DNA of 63,695 nucleotides, filler included, from Squatina squatina (Eukaryota), in NCBI GenBank assembly GCA_031763465.1. It is 4 parts of 4 records of this genome, joined end to end, with 100 filler letters (N's around TTAATTAATTAA, not from the genome) between each part and the next. Parts side by side here need not be neighbours in the genome. Positions count along the whole stretch, not along the records: positions 1 to 16,868 come from JARFOE010000194.1; positions 16,969 to 32,904 come from JARFOE010000230.1; 2 more parts are not named here. One strand, 5' to 3'. The position numbers and the translations under genes are program-made. The notes under the pieces are model-generated. The model saw only the letters and a program-made list of their open reading frames with translations, ran no database searches and was not told the DNA's origin. This document shows, in pieces, positions 14,975 to 26,394 of this stretch (the first letter of the stretch is position 1; each line of letters starts with the position of its first letter).

Positions 14975-16461
14975 GTAACATCAATGGGAAGGGAATGACA
15001 GAGCGCATTCACAGTATCAACCTTCACAACTTCAGCAACTCTGTGCTTGAGACACTAAATGAGCAGCGAAACCGGGGACATTTCTGCGATGTGACAGTCA
15101 GAATCCATGGGAGCATGCTCAGAGCTCATCGCTGTGTGTTGGCCGCCGGCAGCCCCTTCTTCCAAGACAAACTGCTTTTGGGCTATAGTGATATCGAGAT
15201 TCCATCTGTAGTCTCAGTGCAGTCTGTTCAGAAGTTGATTGACTTCATGTACAGTGGGGTGCTTCGGGTGTCCCAGAGTGAGGCCTTACAAATCCTCACA
15301 GCAGCCAGCATACTGCAGATCAAAACAGTTATCGATGAATGCACCCGTATTGTCTCACAAACAGTGGTGAGCAGTGGTTACCCTACAACAAGGGACTCAA
15401 ACCAAGTGACGCCACGAGGAACACCAGAATCTGGTTCATCAGGGCAGAGCAGTGATACTGAATCTGGCTATATACAAGCTCACTCCCAGCGTAATGTTGA
15501 AAGAATCTATTCCTCCCTTTATGCCTGCTCTGGAATGCCGGTACAAAATGGCACAGGAGAGAGATCTCTCTATAGTGCACCAGTGGTCAGCCATCACAGC
15601 ACACAACTGGTTCTGCAGAGAGAAGAAAATGTAAATGATCCAGCATGGATAACCAGAATCCAAGAACGGACACAACAGATGGAGAGATATCTTNNNNNNN
15701 NNNNNNNNNNNNNNNNNNNNNNNNNNNNNNNNNNNNNNNNNNNNNNNNNNNNNNNNNNNNNNNNNNNNNNNNNNNNNNNNNNNNNNNNNNNNNCCACCCC
15801 AGAAACCACACACTGCCGCAAGCAACCACGGCCAGTTCGCATCCAGACCACAGTAAGCGATGTTCACATCAAGCAGGAGGCCGAAGATGATTATGATTAC
15901 GATTACTACGAGCAACAGAAAAGAAACACTTCAGAGCAAAATGAATCCGAAGAGTGCAATGAAGATACTGACCAAGCTGAAGGTACAGAGAGTGAGCCAA
16001 AAGGAGAAAGTTTTGACTCGGGTGTTAGCTCTTCCAATGGGACTGAAACTGATACAATAGACCAACAGTTCATTGCTGGCATGAGCCGAGGGGGACAATC
16101 AGACATCAGACCAGCTGAGCAGAGTGAGCTTCCTGCTGAAGACAGCCAACATCTCAGCAACGTGAATCCTTCTTCCCCAGAAAGGACTTACGAAACTGAA
16201 ATGGACACCACAGGGCCTCAAAGCAGTGATGGAAACATTGCAAGTGATAAAGAATTGCAGCAGGCTCCAATGAACTCTGTGATTTCAGTGACACAAAACA
16301 CTCAGCCACTGGCACCTACTCAGCTTTATTTGAGGCAATCAGACACCCTCGCCACCAACTTGAGAATGCCACTGACCTTAACTAGCACTACTCCAGTCAT
16401 TGGCACTGCTGGGAGTACATACATACCAACACTTTTCACCACTCAGAGCACTACCAGTGGC
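14975..16461 (+). CDS. ZBTB20: ZBTB20 large coding exon (BTB/POZ domain and acidic linker); similarity ends before the zinc fingers
   Basis: Acceptor ttttcaaaaccag at 14974, in-frame ATG at 14995. [70 protein letters not shown] matches vertebrate ZBTB20, with similarity continuing through [37 protein letters not shown] and [10 protein letters not shown] to LFTTQ. Confidence 0.97.
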
Positions 16462-16868
16462 TGTCAAGATCACCAGCACCTTCAACTTCTTCACCTCAGG
16501 CTCCTTCTAGGAATCTGCAGCAGGCATTTGCAGGATCTCGCAGTCGGCCGCCCACAGATGCATTACTCAGGTGACCGATGCTATGTTTGACAAGTCCACC
16601 AATTATGCAAACTTTGCCACTGATGAAGCCATCTTTACTGAACGGCTCTGGCTGGCTTCCCACAGGTGCAGATCATCATCAACAGCACACGTGTGGTCAT
16701 CAAGGTACCCTCACATCACCCAGGAGTGTTTGTGAACCGCAAGCGCTTCCACTCCCTCAGTGTGCAGCTCGTCTCCAACCATAAAAAGCTCATCATGCAC
16801 GTGTGCACCAGATTCCCTGGCCGCTTTTTACACCTCCAAACAGACTTACTGGCTAGCTGCTTGGAGAC
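16448..16868 (+). mobile_element. PIF/Harbinger (HARBI1-like) DDE transposase pseudogene fragment
   Basis: Frame from 16448: [46 protein letters not shown], then after a frameshift [20 protein letters not shown]...[15 protein letters not shown]...TRFPG. Matches HARBI1-type motifs (FYTSGSFQ, ISQ, NRKGxHSLN, WPG); in-frame TAG at 16508. Confidence 0.9.
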
Positions 16869-16968
16869 NNNNNNNNNNNNNNNNNNNNNNNNNNNNNNNN
16901 NNNNNNNNNNNNTTAATTAATTAANNNNNNNNNNNNNNNNNNNNNNNNNNNNNNNNNNNNNNNNNNNN
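16869..16968. other. Artificial scaffold spacer N44-TTAATTAATTAA-N44
   Basis: Six-frame stop linker at 16913-16924, identical to two others. Confidence 0.97.
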
Positions 16969-17150
16969 GCCCTGCAGGCACTTGTACAGGCAGTGGAGAG
17001 AAGGGCTGCAATGCTGTTCCCTGTGGCTGGGAGAAGGGGTTCTGCAACAATGATTCGAAGAGGATGGGGAGAAGTGTCAGGAGAAGTGGAAGCGACTGAT
17101 ATGACTCCTAAGGACGCCTAATCAATGCAGAAACAAAGTTAACCATCTTG
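16969..17150 (+). mobile_element. Harbinger ORF2 Myb/SANT-like (trihelix) DNA-binding domain remnant
   Basis: ALQALVQAVERRAAMLFP...RRGWGEVSGEV...(frameshift)RTPNQCRNKVNHL has the Myb/SANT-like W...R..QCR.K...L layout. Confidence 0.65.
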
Positions 17151-20100
17151 AAGTTATTCATAGCTCTTTTGAGCCTCTTTTTGTGCTCGTTAATAAACAG
17201 CATGCAACCAGAGACCATTGTAATGAGAACAGGTGTCTCATGAATTTGAACCTTGTTCTTGTTGGGATTTTACAATTTGTTTGTTGGGTTTTACAGTGTA
17301 CAGAAAACTGGAAAGCACAATGTTAGGTAGTAGTCTATCTTTGTCAAGAGAGCTACAGAACACCCGCATCAGGGAATGTGCTCAGTCAAGCACATGGTGG
17401 AAATTCCCACCCTTTGTGACCTTAACCCAGCAAAACATAGGTAGATTCTTATTGTTGAACAGTTCCAACTAAATTCAGAACTATGAACAAGACAACATGA
17501 AAAAGTGCCACAGCGTACAAGTGAATGTAGGCGTACTTAAAGGAGACCTCTACCTGATATAGATTCTCCTAACAGCTTCATAATTGTTGGCATTGATATT
17601 TGTTTGCATGTTTGAAATTAGGTACACCAACCTCTCTCTATCTCCAACTCAACTAAATCTCAAATACTTTACATGCTATGTCTAACAGCTTAACAAATGA
17701 GCCATCTAAGGTAAACGTCTTAATTTAAAGAATCTACAATGTTTTAATTCGTGTTAATATTTAGCTGAGATTTTGTGAATATACAAATTTTGCAAACAGC
17801 GGAACCAAATCTGCATTGTTTGTTTCCTTTACATAGATCAGATTGTGCCTTTGATGAAAAAAAAATCAAATTGGTTTGCATGCTTGATTTAATTAGCAGC
17901 ATTGGTTCTTTGAAAAGAAGTGGTTTGTTCCTTTAATTGAAAAAGAACTGCTTTATTCCATTGAGAAGATTTAAATATTTNNNNNNNNNNNNNNNNNNNN
18001 NNNNNNNNNNNNNNNNNNNNNNNNNNNNNNNNNNNNNNNNNNNNNNNNNNNNNNNNNNNNNNNNNNNNNNNNNNNNNNNNCCGAATATCAGGCATATTGA
18101 ATGATATTGGTCTAATAGCTGCTCTGAAATGCATTGTTCCGTTCCCCCTGTCAGCAGCACCACCAGTATTCCCAATAATTCCAACTTCACACTCGGATTC
18201 ATATATTAGACATTCATGAGAGTTAAGCTTGAGATCACAGTCTTCTTAAGCATCATAAGTGTCACATTAATTAGCTGTACAGCAAGAATAGTTTGATTTG
18301 TTCATTGTTTGCCAATGATCATTGGCCCTGGGTGTAGGAATCAATAAGCTTCGATGCACATAATCACTGCTCAGTATTTTGGGTTTCCTTTCATGAATTT
18401 TGCAAAAGGACCTGACCTACTCGACCAAGTTTTGACTCCCCTGCAAAATCAGTTACTCCTCATTGGTCTCTTACGGAATTTAAATAGTTGTTGTTTGCCA
18501 AATGTAGCCAGTGCACCATCCCTGAACGATTTCCTCTTAAATAAGGAATCATGCAATATTTGGGAAGCTATATTTACTGAATAAAATCCTAGACTTTTCA
18601 AAAGCATTTAAAAGTAACAGGAATAATGTAAAGCTAAAGTACATTCATAAAACCCAGCTGACTGAAGGAACAATAATTATTTTCTGTTAATATTTTCAGC
18701 TATACAATAAGAATAAATGAAATGAGGCAGAAGCCCGTTTGAGTCATGCTTGTGTCTTGACAACACTAATTTATCGCCTGGAAGGGTCAAGTTAATTAGG
18801 CAGTCACCTCAAGTCGTCGTCAGACAGCACCTGTCAGTTTGTGTGTTTGTGAGCATCAGTCGGAGCTGTCAGTGCTTGCGATGGTTGCTGAGGGGAGATG
18901 CTGACTGATCGAGCTCTGTGCTGCTGAAGGAAACTCTGATAGTCTCTGCCTCGGGATGTTAGCAACCCAACCAGCACTTTAAGTCTGATCTGTACAGTTT
19001 TGTAAGTACAGCATTTCATTGTCTTTTGAATGTGGCAACTGGGCTATGTGTGAAGAGAAAAAGAGACAAGAGAGATAGCGGGATTTTGAATCATCAAGAC
19101 TGGAGAGAAATACATGGGAAAAAGATGGACAGCAGATTAAAAGTATTGCACGGGAAGAAGGATTCTTTCCCAAAAAACCCTTTTAGGATTTGAAATTATA
19201 TTCTAGGTTTCTATTAGATCCAAAGCACAATAGCATTCTTTTAGGATTTAACCCTTATTGTATGGGATTCTATACAATTTGTTATAAGTGCTATGAAAAT
19301 CCTATAGGATTTCGGAATAGGTATCTTGTAGGCTATTTGGGAGACAGAAGAGATGTAGTGATGGGAATCTGAGACTTTTACTGATGGAATGCAGAAGTGG
19401 ATGAAGAAGGACAGAGACAGAGAGAATGCAATGATGTGAGTGATTATGGGCTTGGACTCTGCCACTCATTTTCTTTTCTTTCTCAGACTGTTAGGGGTGG
19501 TTTGTAAAGCTTGTAAGTGTCAGAGGACACACAGATCCAATCTGGCTCCTGCTCTGTCTCCGAGATCCGGTACTAGCAGCCACAGGGGCTAAAGGAAGGA
19601 TGATGAGACAGTCAAACTGAGGTCAAATACTCCTTAACAGGATCAGTGCAAGAGTGGAAATTTATGGCTTTTACTTTTATCAGTTCACCTAGATGCCCAA
19701 CTCTGTATTTTCTCTGCACCGCAAGAGATATGGTGAAAATTAACTAAAATCCATGCCGGAGAAAGAGGATATATGTACGTGGTCTCCAAATATAGTTCAT
19801 TCAATACAAGGGTAAAGTTACATGTTAGCTCGAGTACTAAACTGGTAAATTCAACTATTCTGCTGTTTTCATACTTGTATGCTGGTATGAATGAGCAGAT
19901 TGCAGCCACCCAGTGGTTTCAAGTTCAATGCTCTGCTGGTTTGATCAATATTAAGTTAATGAAGTACCGACTGGTGCTCTTTTTCAAACCAATGCTATTG
20001 TAGACTAAATCGTTTTTTAAAAAAAATTAGCTTCAGTGTTAATTAAAATCATAATTCTTGGACGTAATGGTAATATATTTCACTGGGCATATCTTCATGT

Positions 20101-20807
20101 AATAAATGCACATTGAAATGTGATGTCCTCACTGAAATGGGCACACTGCATTTTTCTAATGTAAGCGTGCAGTTTCAGACGAGCTAGAGTTTACAAGATG
20201 CTCTTGCAGCATAACATTTGCAATAAAATGCAATCTGTAACTCTGGCCCTACACGGTTGTGCTATTGACCTTTCTCTTTGTTGCAGTTATCGCTGAAATG
20301 CAGAGCCCCAGAGGTATCCCAACATGTTTTCCAGGCATATGAAATAATTTTGAAGAATTGAGCAATTTGAGGACATAAGTCTGGCAGAAGATCCCTGCAG
20401 TTGTGGTGTTTAATTTCCCTTGTTTATTTCATAAATAAATACTGCAACTTGATAATTGCTTTGTATGTTTTACAAAGGCTGTTAGCTGAGGCAATAGACC
20501 CTTTTCACAAGCCCGGAGTTCAAATCACGACCTTGGCTTAGAATCCAATTGATCTCCACAAGAAGATTCTGTAATTGTCAATCAATCCATTAGATGGCAT
20601 ATTATCCAGCAAGATTAATTCAACCTCCCCAGATCAAAAATGAATTCAATCAAAAGCAATTTTCCAAGAACTGAGAAAATATTCTTTGTTATGTAGAGTT
20701 CATTCTGCTTATTTTGTACCACTTTTAATCGAAAAAAAATGAATATTTGACATCTATAACTCAGTAAGGTCCACAGTAAATGCAGTACTCAAAAATTGAT
20801 TTTTTTA

Positions 20808-21110
20808 AATTCGTTCATGGGATGTGGGCGTCGCTGGCAAAGCCAGCATTTACTGCCCATCCCGAATAGCCCTGGAGAAGGTGGTGATGTGCCGCCTTCT
20901 TGAACCACTGCAATCTGTGTGGTGAAGGTACTCCCACAGTGCTGTTAGGGAGTGAGTTCCAGGATTTTGGCCCAGCGACGATGGAATGGCGATATATTTC
21001 CAAGTCAGGATGGTGCATGACTTGGAAGGGAATGTGGAGGTGGTGGTGTTCCCAAGCGCCTGCTGCCCTTGTCCTTCTAGGCGGTAGAGGTGCTGCCGAA
21101 GAAGTCTTGG
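20808..21110 (-). mobile_element. 3' end of a non-LTR retrotransposon (CR1/L2 group)
   Basis: GPKSWNSLPNSTVG...FKKAAHHHLL C-terminus, 3' stem-loop GCTGGC-TTT-GCCAGC and A-rich tail on the minus strand. Confidence 0.75.
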
Positions 21111-21117
21111 AACAAGG

Positions 21118-21305
21118 TCCCACAAACAGCAATGAGATAGGTGTTTTTGGCCAGGACACTGGAAGAATGCACCTGTTCTCCTTCGAATAGTGCATTGGAA
21201 TATTTTAAATCAATGTCAGCCTAGATTTTGTACTCAAGTCTCTGAAATGGGCTCCTGAACCCACAACCTTCTGACTCAGAGATGACAACGCTACCACTGA
21301 GCCAC
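21118..21305 (-). mobile_element. Internally deleted Deu-SINE (SacSINE1-like)
   Basis: Reverse complement matches the tRNA-like head and parts of the body of the copy at 62883-63329 (e.g. cattgctgtttgtgggac). Confidence 0.75.
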
Positions 21306-21956
21306 TGTCACATCACACTGCACTGAACTGAACTAAAATAACTACATGTTTCATATCAGCATCTGGTTGAAGTACTTGGTGAAAACCTGCAGTTCAACAG
21401 GACTTTGGGCACCTTTTCTCAGTATCCAGAACTTAGTCTTGATGCTACGCTCAATGAAAGCTTTTAGCTGAAAGAGGTTTCAAATATCTGGAACCAATGG
21501 TGAACTTTAAAGCCCTGTGAGTTAATGATTGATTTAGCTGATCTGAGTGATGTGTGAAATGGAAATGCAAAAAAAATACAGGATTTCTTATCAATTTAAT
21601 ATTTTGGGTTATGCCTGATGATTTAATCACCAATACTAGTAATTGCAATTTTTATGGTTTAAAGAAAAAGACTTAATATTTTTTCATTTGCAACACTTCG
21701 AAAGCCCAGACTCTGACAGTTAGATTACTTGCAGGTCACATCCATTTGATCTGCTCTACAGAACAATTGTGAAGTAGTTAGGCAGCACCGGCCAATTCAG
21801 GAAATGGCTTGCTGCCGTGGTATTGTACCCTACAAGATTCCAAAAGGGAAAAAGAGNNNNNNNNNNNNNNNNNNNNNNNNNNNNNNNNNNNNNNNNNNNN
21901 NNNNNNNNNNNNNNNNNNNNNNNNNNNNNNNNNNNNNNNNNNNNNNNNNNNNNNNN

Positions 21957-23030
21957 GTGGAGGGTGGAGGGGCGTGTGGAGTGAAGGGTGGAGTAGCTGA
22001 GTGAGTGGAGGGTGTGGTGGATGGAATGGAGGGTGAAGTGGAGGGAGGAGTTGAGGATTGAGTGGAGGTTGGAGTAGAGGATGGAGTGTAGGATGGAGTG
22101 GAGGGTGGAGTGTAGGATTGAGTGGTGGGTGTAGTGGAGGGAGGAGTGGAGGGAGACGTACAGGATTGAGTGGAGGGTGGAGTGGAGTGTGGAGTAGAGC
22201 ATTGAGTGGAGGGTGGAGTAGAGCGTGGAGTGGTGGATGGAGTAGAGGATGAAGTGGAGGGTGTAGTGGAGAATGGACTGGAGGGTGGAGTGGTGGGTGG
22301 AGTGGAGTATGGAGTGGAGTTTGGAGTGGGGGATGGTGTGGTGGATGGTGTGGATGTTTCAGTAGAGGGAGGAGTGGAGGATGGAGTGGCAGGTGGAGTG
22401 GAGGGTGGATTCATGGATGAAGTGGCGAGTTGAGTGTTGGATGGAGTGGAGGGTGGATTGTAGGATGGAGTGGAGGATGGAATGGAGGGTGGAGTGGTGG
22501 GTGGATTGTAGGATGGAGTGGAGCATGGAGTGGAGGATGGAGTGGAGGATTGAGTGGAGGGTGGTGGAGAGTGAAGTGGAGGGTGGAGTGGAGGATGGAG
22601 TGGAGGATGGAGTTGAGGCTGGAGTGGAGGGTGGAGTGGAGGATGGATTCATGGATGGAGTGGCGAGTTGAGTGGTGGATGGAGTGGAGGGTAGATTGTA
22701 GGATGGAGTGGAGTGTGGAGTGGAGGATGGAGTGGAGGATGGAGTGGAGGATGGAGTGGAGGATTGAGTGGAGGATGGAGTGGAGCATGGAGTGGAGGAT
22801 GGAATGTAGGATGGTGTGGAGGGTGGAGTGGAGGGTGGAGTGGAGGGAGAAGTACAGGATTGAGTGAAGGTGGTGTGGAGTGTGGAGTGGAGTGTGGAGT
22901 AGAGCATTGCAGTGGAGGGTGGAGTGGAGGATGGACTGGAGGGTGGAGTGGTGGGTGGAGTGGAGTATGGAGTGGAGTTTGGTGTGGGGGATGGTGTGGT
23001 GGGATGGGGTGGGGGTGTTGTAGGCGTGGA
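21957..23030. repeat. G-rich (GGAGT/GGAG/GGAT)n-derived degenerate tandem array with higher-order duplications
   Basis: Visible GGAGTGGAGG(A/G)T units, very few C on the + strand; produces all the spurious S/T/P/H and G/W/E/V ORFs here. Confidence 0.95.
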
Positions 23031-24239
23031 CCAGGGTGTAATGTATATAACGGTCCATTTGAAGTCACATAAAGAAAAAAGGTATATATATACATTTATA
23101 AATGCACTTAGTATATCAGAAGCAAATTTGGGCTTCGACACAAGTTCCTTATATAAGTAAGTTGTTACCAGATTTGCATGTTTGCCAAAGAATTGTCTCT
23201 GTTAATAAGCGGTTGCAATTTGCACAATAGTAAGTTTATAGTTGGTAGAGTGTGTGTTGTGTACCTGCAATTTTTTTTCATATTATCATAGTGAAAAGTT
23301 CAGAGGTGAAACGATTGTCACAGCTGTATCAGCTGGAAACAATATTTTCTTGCTTTTTTTATACCTTTTGGAATCGTTGCAAAGCGAAGTAAATATAACC
23401 AGCGTTATAAATCTAGCCATATTTACTACAGACAGAACAGAACGGATGTTAAAAAAAAAATCATCACAAGCATAGCACCAGCAGGGAATTGTAAATTCTA
23501 GCCAACAGGCTTGTTCGAAGATAGAGAGAGAAAACAGACACACACACACAAAAACAGCTTAGTTTAAAAATTCCAGCTAGCCAGGGGAAGACTGACTTAT
23601 CCACAAGCTGTTTGATGTGGGATTGTGCGTGGGTTGAATTGGCCCATGGAGAGACTGATATCTAAAGAAATTGTGTAGGAATCTTTTTTTCTCTCTGCTG
23701 CTGAGCCCCAGGAAGCAGCGCTGACAGAAACGACAGTACAGCAGAAGATCTCCTTAACATGCATCTGTGGCTGATGGAGCTGCTGGATTCTGCGCTAATT
23801 ATCTTGGGTTCGAACAGTTTCTAGTAGTAATGATTAGAGGCAGAAATCAAAAGCCGATAACAGATAATAATGTCGTATTTCACACCGTGTTAAAAGCCAG
23901 TGGCAGCAAAAGCAGCTCAGATGTGCAATGTGAGAAAGATTGGCAATGATAAAAAAAGAGGGACTTATGGTGGGGCGATTAGGGGCAGAAGAAGAAGAGA
24001 AATAAATAAGGACAAGAAAGAATGAGACGATGCGGGAGGAATTGGGANNNNNNNNNNNNNNNNNNNNNNNNNNNNNNNNNNNNNNNNNNNNNNNNNNNNN
24101 NNNNNNNNNNNNNNNNNNNNNNNNNNNNNNNNNNNNNNNNNNNNNNNCAGTTAAGGGGATTACATGAAATGTGTTTGGGTTAATCACAATCCATTTTCCA
24201 ACAGCACGAGTTTACAGCGAAACACTGCCAGCAGTTTAC

Positions 24240-24930
24240 CAATAGATGCTGAATTACACGGCGTGGCAAACAGTGAGGAAAATGCAGGAGATTGCATGGA
24301 GCACATAGACAGATTCAAGTACTCGGCAGATTTGTGGCAAATGTATATTAAAGCAGATGTACGTGAAGATGTACAATTTGGGAAAAAAATAACTGAGAAT
24401 AAGAATATGGTCTTAATGGAAGGGAGCAACAGAAAAATCTAGCAATGCAGATATTTTTTTAAAAATGGATTGCAGGTGGAAAAAAGCCGTAAAAAGGTTA
24501 AATGGTATTCCTGGTTTTATGTATAGGGCTATTTAATACAAAAACAAGGAGGTGCTTATGAATCTGTATAACATTGGTTAGACCACAATTTGAATATTGT
24601 TTGTAGTTTTGGAAATCAAATATAGAGACAATAGTAGAGCCATGGAAAAGTGCAACATAGATTTACTAAGATGATCAAAGCAGTGAGAGGGGAAAGTTAT
24701 GCAAAGCAACTTCAAAATCGAGGGCTTCATTCAGTGGAGCTGAGAAAGTTATTAGAAAATGGAATATATTGATAAAGGGTGGCTATCCAAGCTGCCAATT
24801 ATACCATTTAATGAGTTAATATTGAAAGAAGAATATTTAGGGGCATGGGGAAAGAGCAGAGAAATTGGATTAGAGTAAATCGTGTCAATGTGGCACAATG
24901 GGCTGAATGGCTTTGTTCCATGTTACGATT
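24240..24930 (+). mobile_element. Old, heavily decayed CR1 LINE (RT C-terminal region and tail)
   Basis: Remnants ADLWQM, YKNKEVLMNLY.TLVRPQFEYC and a tgggctgaatggc tail; many indels. Confidence 0.7.
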
Positions 24931-26221
24931 TCTAACTTCTATGACTTGGCACAAATTGATACCATAACTCAGAAAGGCTGTAACGCTTGCTTTTAGTGGA
25001 AATAGGAATGTCATGCTGGGGCAGTTAGGAGGCGTTTCTGAGGTGAAAGTTAAGGCTGATGATTTGGGTGTAGAAGAAGCAGCTTTAATTTCCATCTGAC
25101 CGATGACACATCTGGAGAGCTTAATGTTGATACTGGGGGATAAAAGTGGAATATGTTCATTAGCTTAGTACTGACCCCGTCACCTTAAAATGTCAGCAGA
25201 AACATAACTTAAACAAAAGATTGTACAGAATATCTTGAAAACTTGTTAAGGGGGCTTGCACAAGGGAAATAAACAAACATCACACAGTACAACAGGCAAA
25301 CTGATACAACATAGTTCAACCAGAGACAGTCTTTTACAGTTCTCTATTGTCTTAGTTCTTTGCCATTGTCATTAAATAAAATATAATCTTTCGCTGGATG
25401 ATTGTAGTACACCAACAAAAGGAAAATTGTAAAATATTTTTCACCTGTTTCTGGAAGGCACTTTGCATAGTTTGGCTAGGATTTTGTGTGAAGATTAACA
25501 GCAAGGCTACTTGTGTTCATCAGGGGGACATGCACATTCCCTTTGATACAGTGAGTCTGGGCTGATCTTACTGATTCTATGTTGCTGGAAGTATGAGGTA
25601 AATCTGTTACATTCTTTACATTTTATATTAGGAAGATGGAGACACCTTCTGGCGAACAATCACAGCACTGTGAGTTTACAAAGATTATTTGCTTTGCGTA
25701 TATGGGACCACAATGTAATGTGATCCAACTTATTCTGTCCTTTAATATTTGTTACTGTTCAATTAACCACTGTAAAAACATCTCCAGATGCCATTGTTAT
25801 GATAGTTTAGAGCTATCTTTCCCAATATATTTTTTTATGTACTTGATGTATATATAAGCTGAGCCAAGGTGCGGAGCGGATCTCTGGTCAACTGAAAAAT
25901 AAAGTGGAACTAGCTTGCTCCTGGATTCTGCACCTTATAAGTTCCATGCATTTTCCATTGGCGAAGGGACAATGGCAAATATTTAGCCCCTTTATGCATT
26001 AAGAGGGCATGTCTAGCACAGTTGCTGGAGTGCTTTGGGAGTCAGGCTGATGCCTCAGCCACCTGAAAATAAGGGCCCAGTTAAAGTGGTGGTGGGCAGG
26101 AATGGAATGGGAAGAGAGTGGTAGGTTTGTAACTGTTCCATTCCTGCCAGGTGGGGTGGGTTAAACTCATACCCAATGTGTATGGTGAAGATATAGCTCA
26201 AATTATTTAAAGAGACACTCG

Positions 26222-26394
26222 CCAGTAATTTCCACAGGGATTCTTCTGATCGTCTGTCGTAACTTCAGCATGGAATCATTGGAAACTTCAGACAGACGGT
26301 GTAAACAGCAATTTATGGCATTTCTCAAAGGTTTCTGCCGATCCTTCGTTGAAGTGAGGTTGGATGTTTGGGAACCCCCATGGAAATTCTACCC
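26222..26394. mobile_element. Diverged palindromic MITE-like element
   Basis: Left arm aatttccacaggga/aacttcagc pairs with right arm gttgaagtg/cccccatggaaatt. Confidence 0.5.

Noticed and set aside
14911-16590. 559-aa ORF as a full-length protein or BTB-transposase domain fusion
   Set aside because: The start is intronic, 34 residues are gap filler, and the transposase is in a different frame with its own stop and frameshift.
16448-17150. Harbinger transposase followed by Myb-like ORF2, resembling one complete two-gene element
   Set aside because: The two parts are separated by an artificial spacer and belong to different scaffolds.
21957-23030. CRISPR-like or telomeric array
   Set aside because: No constant repeat with unique spacers, no TTAGGG units, eukaryotic context.
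21756-23160. Mucin-like, His/Pro-rich and Gly/Trp-rich ORFs
   Set aside because: Translations of a simple repeat in several frames on both strands; no splice or domain support.
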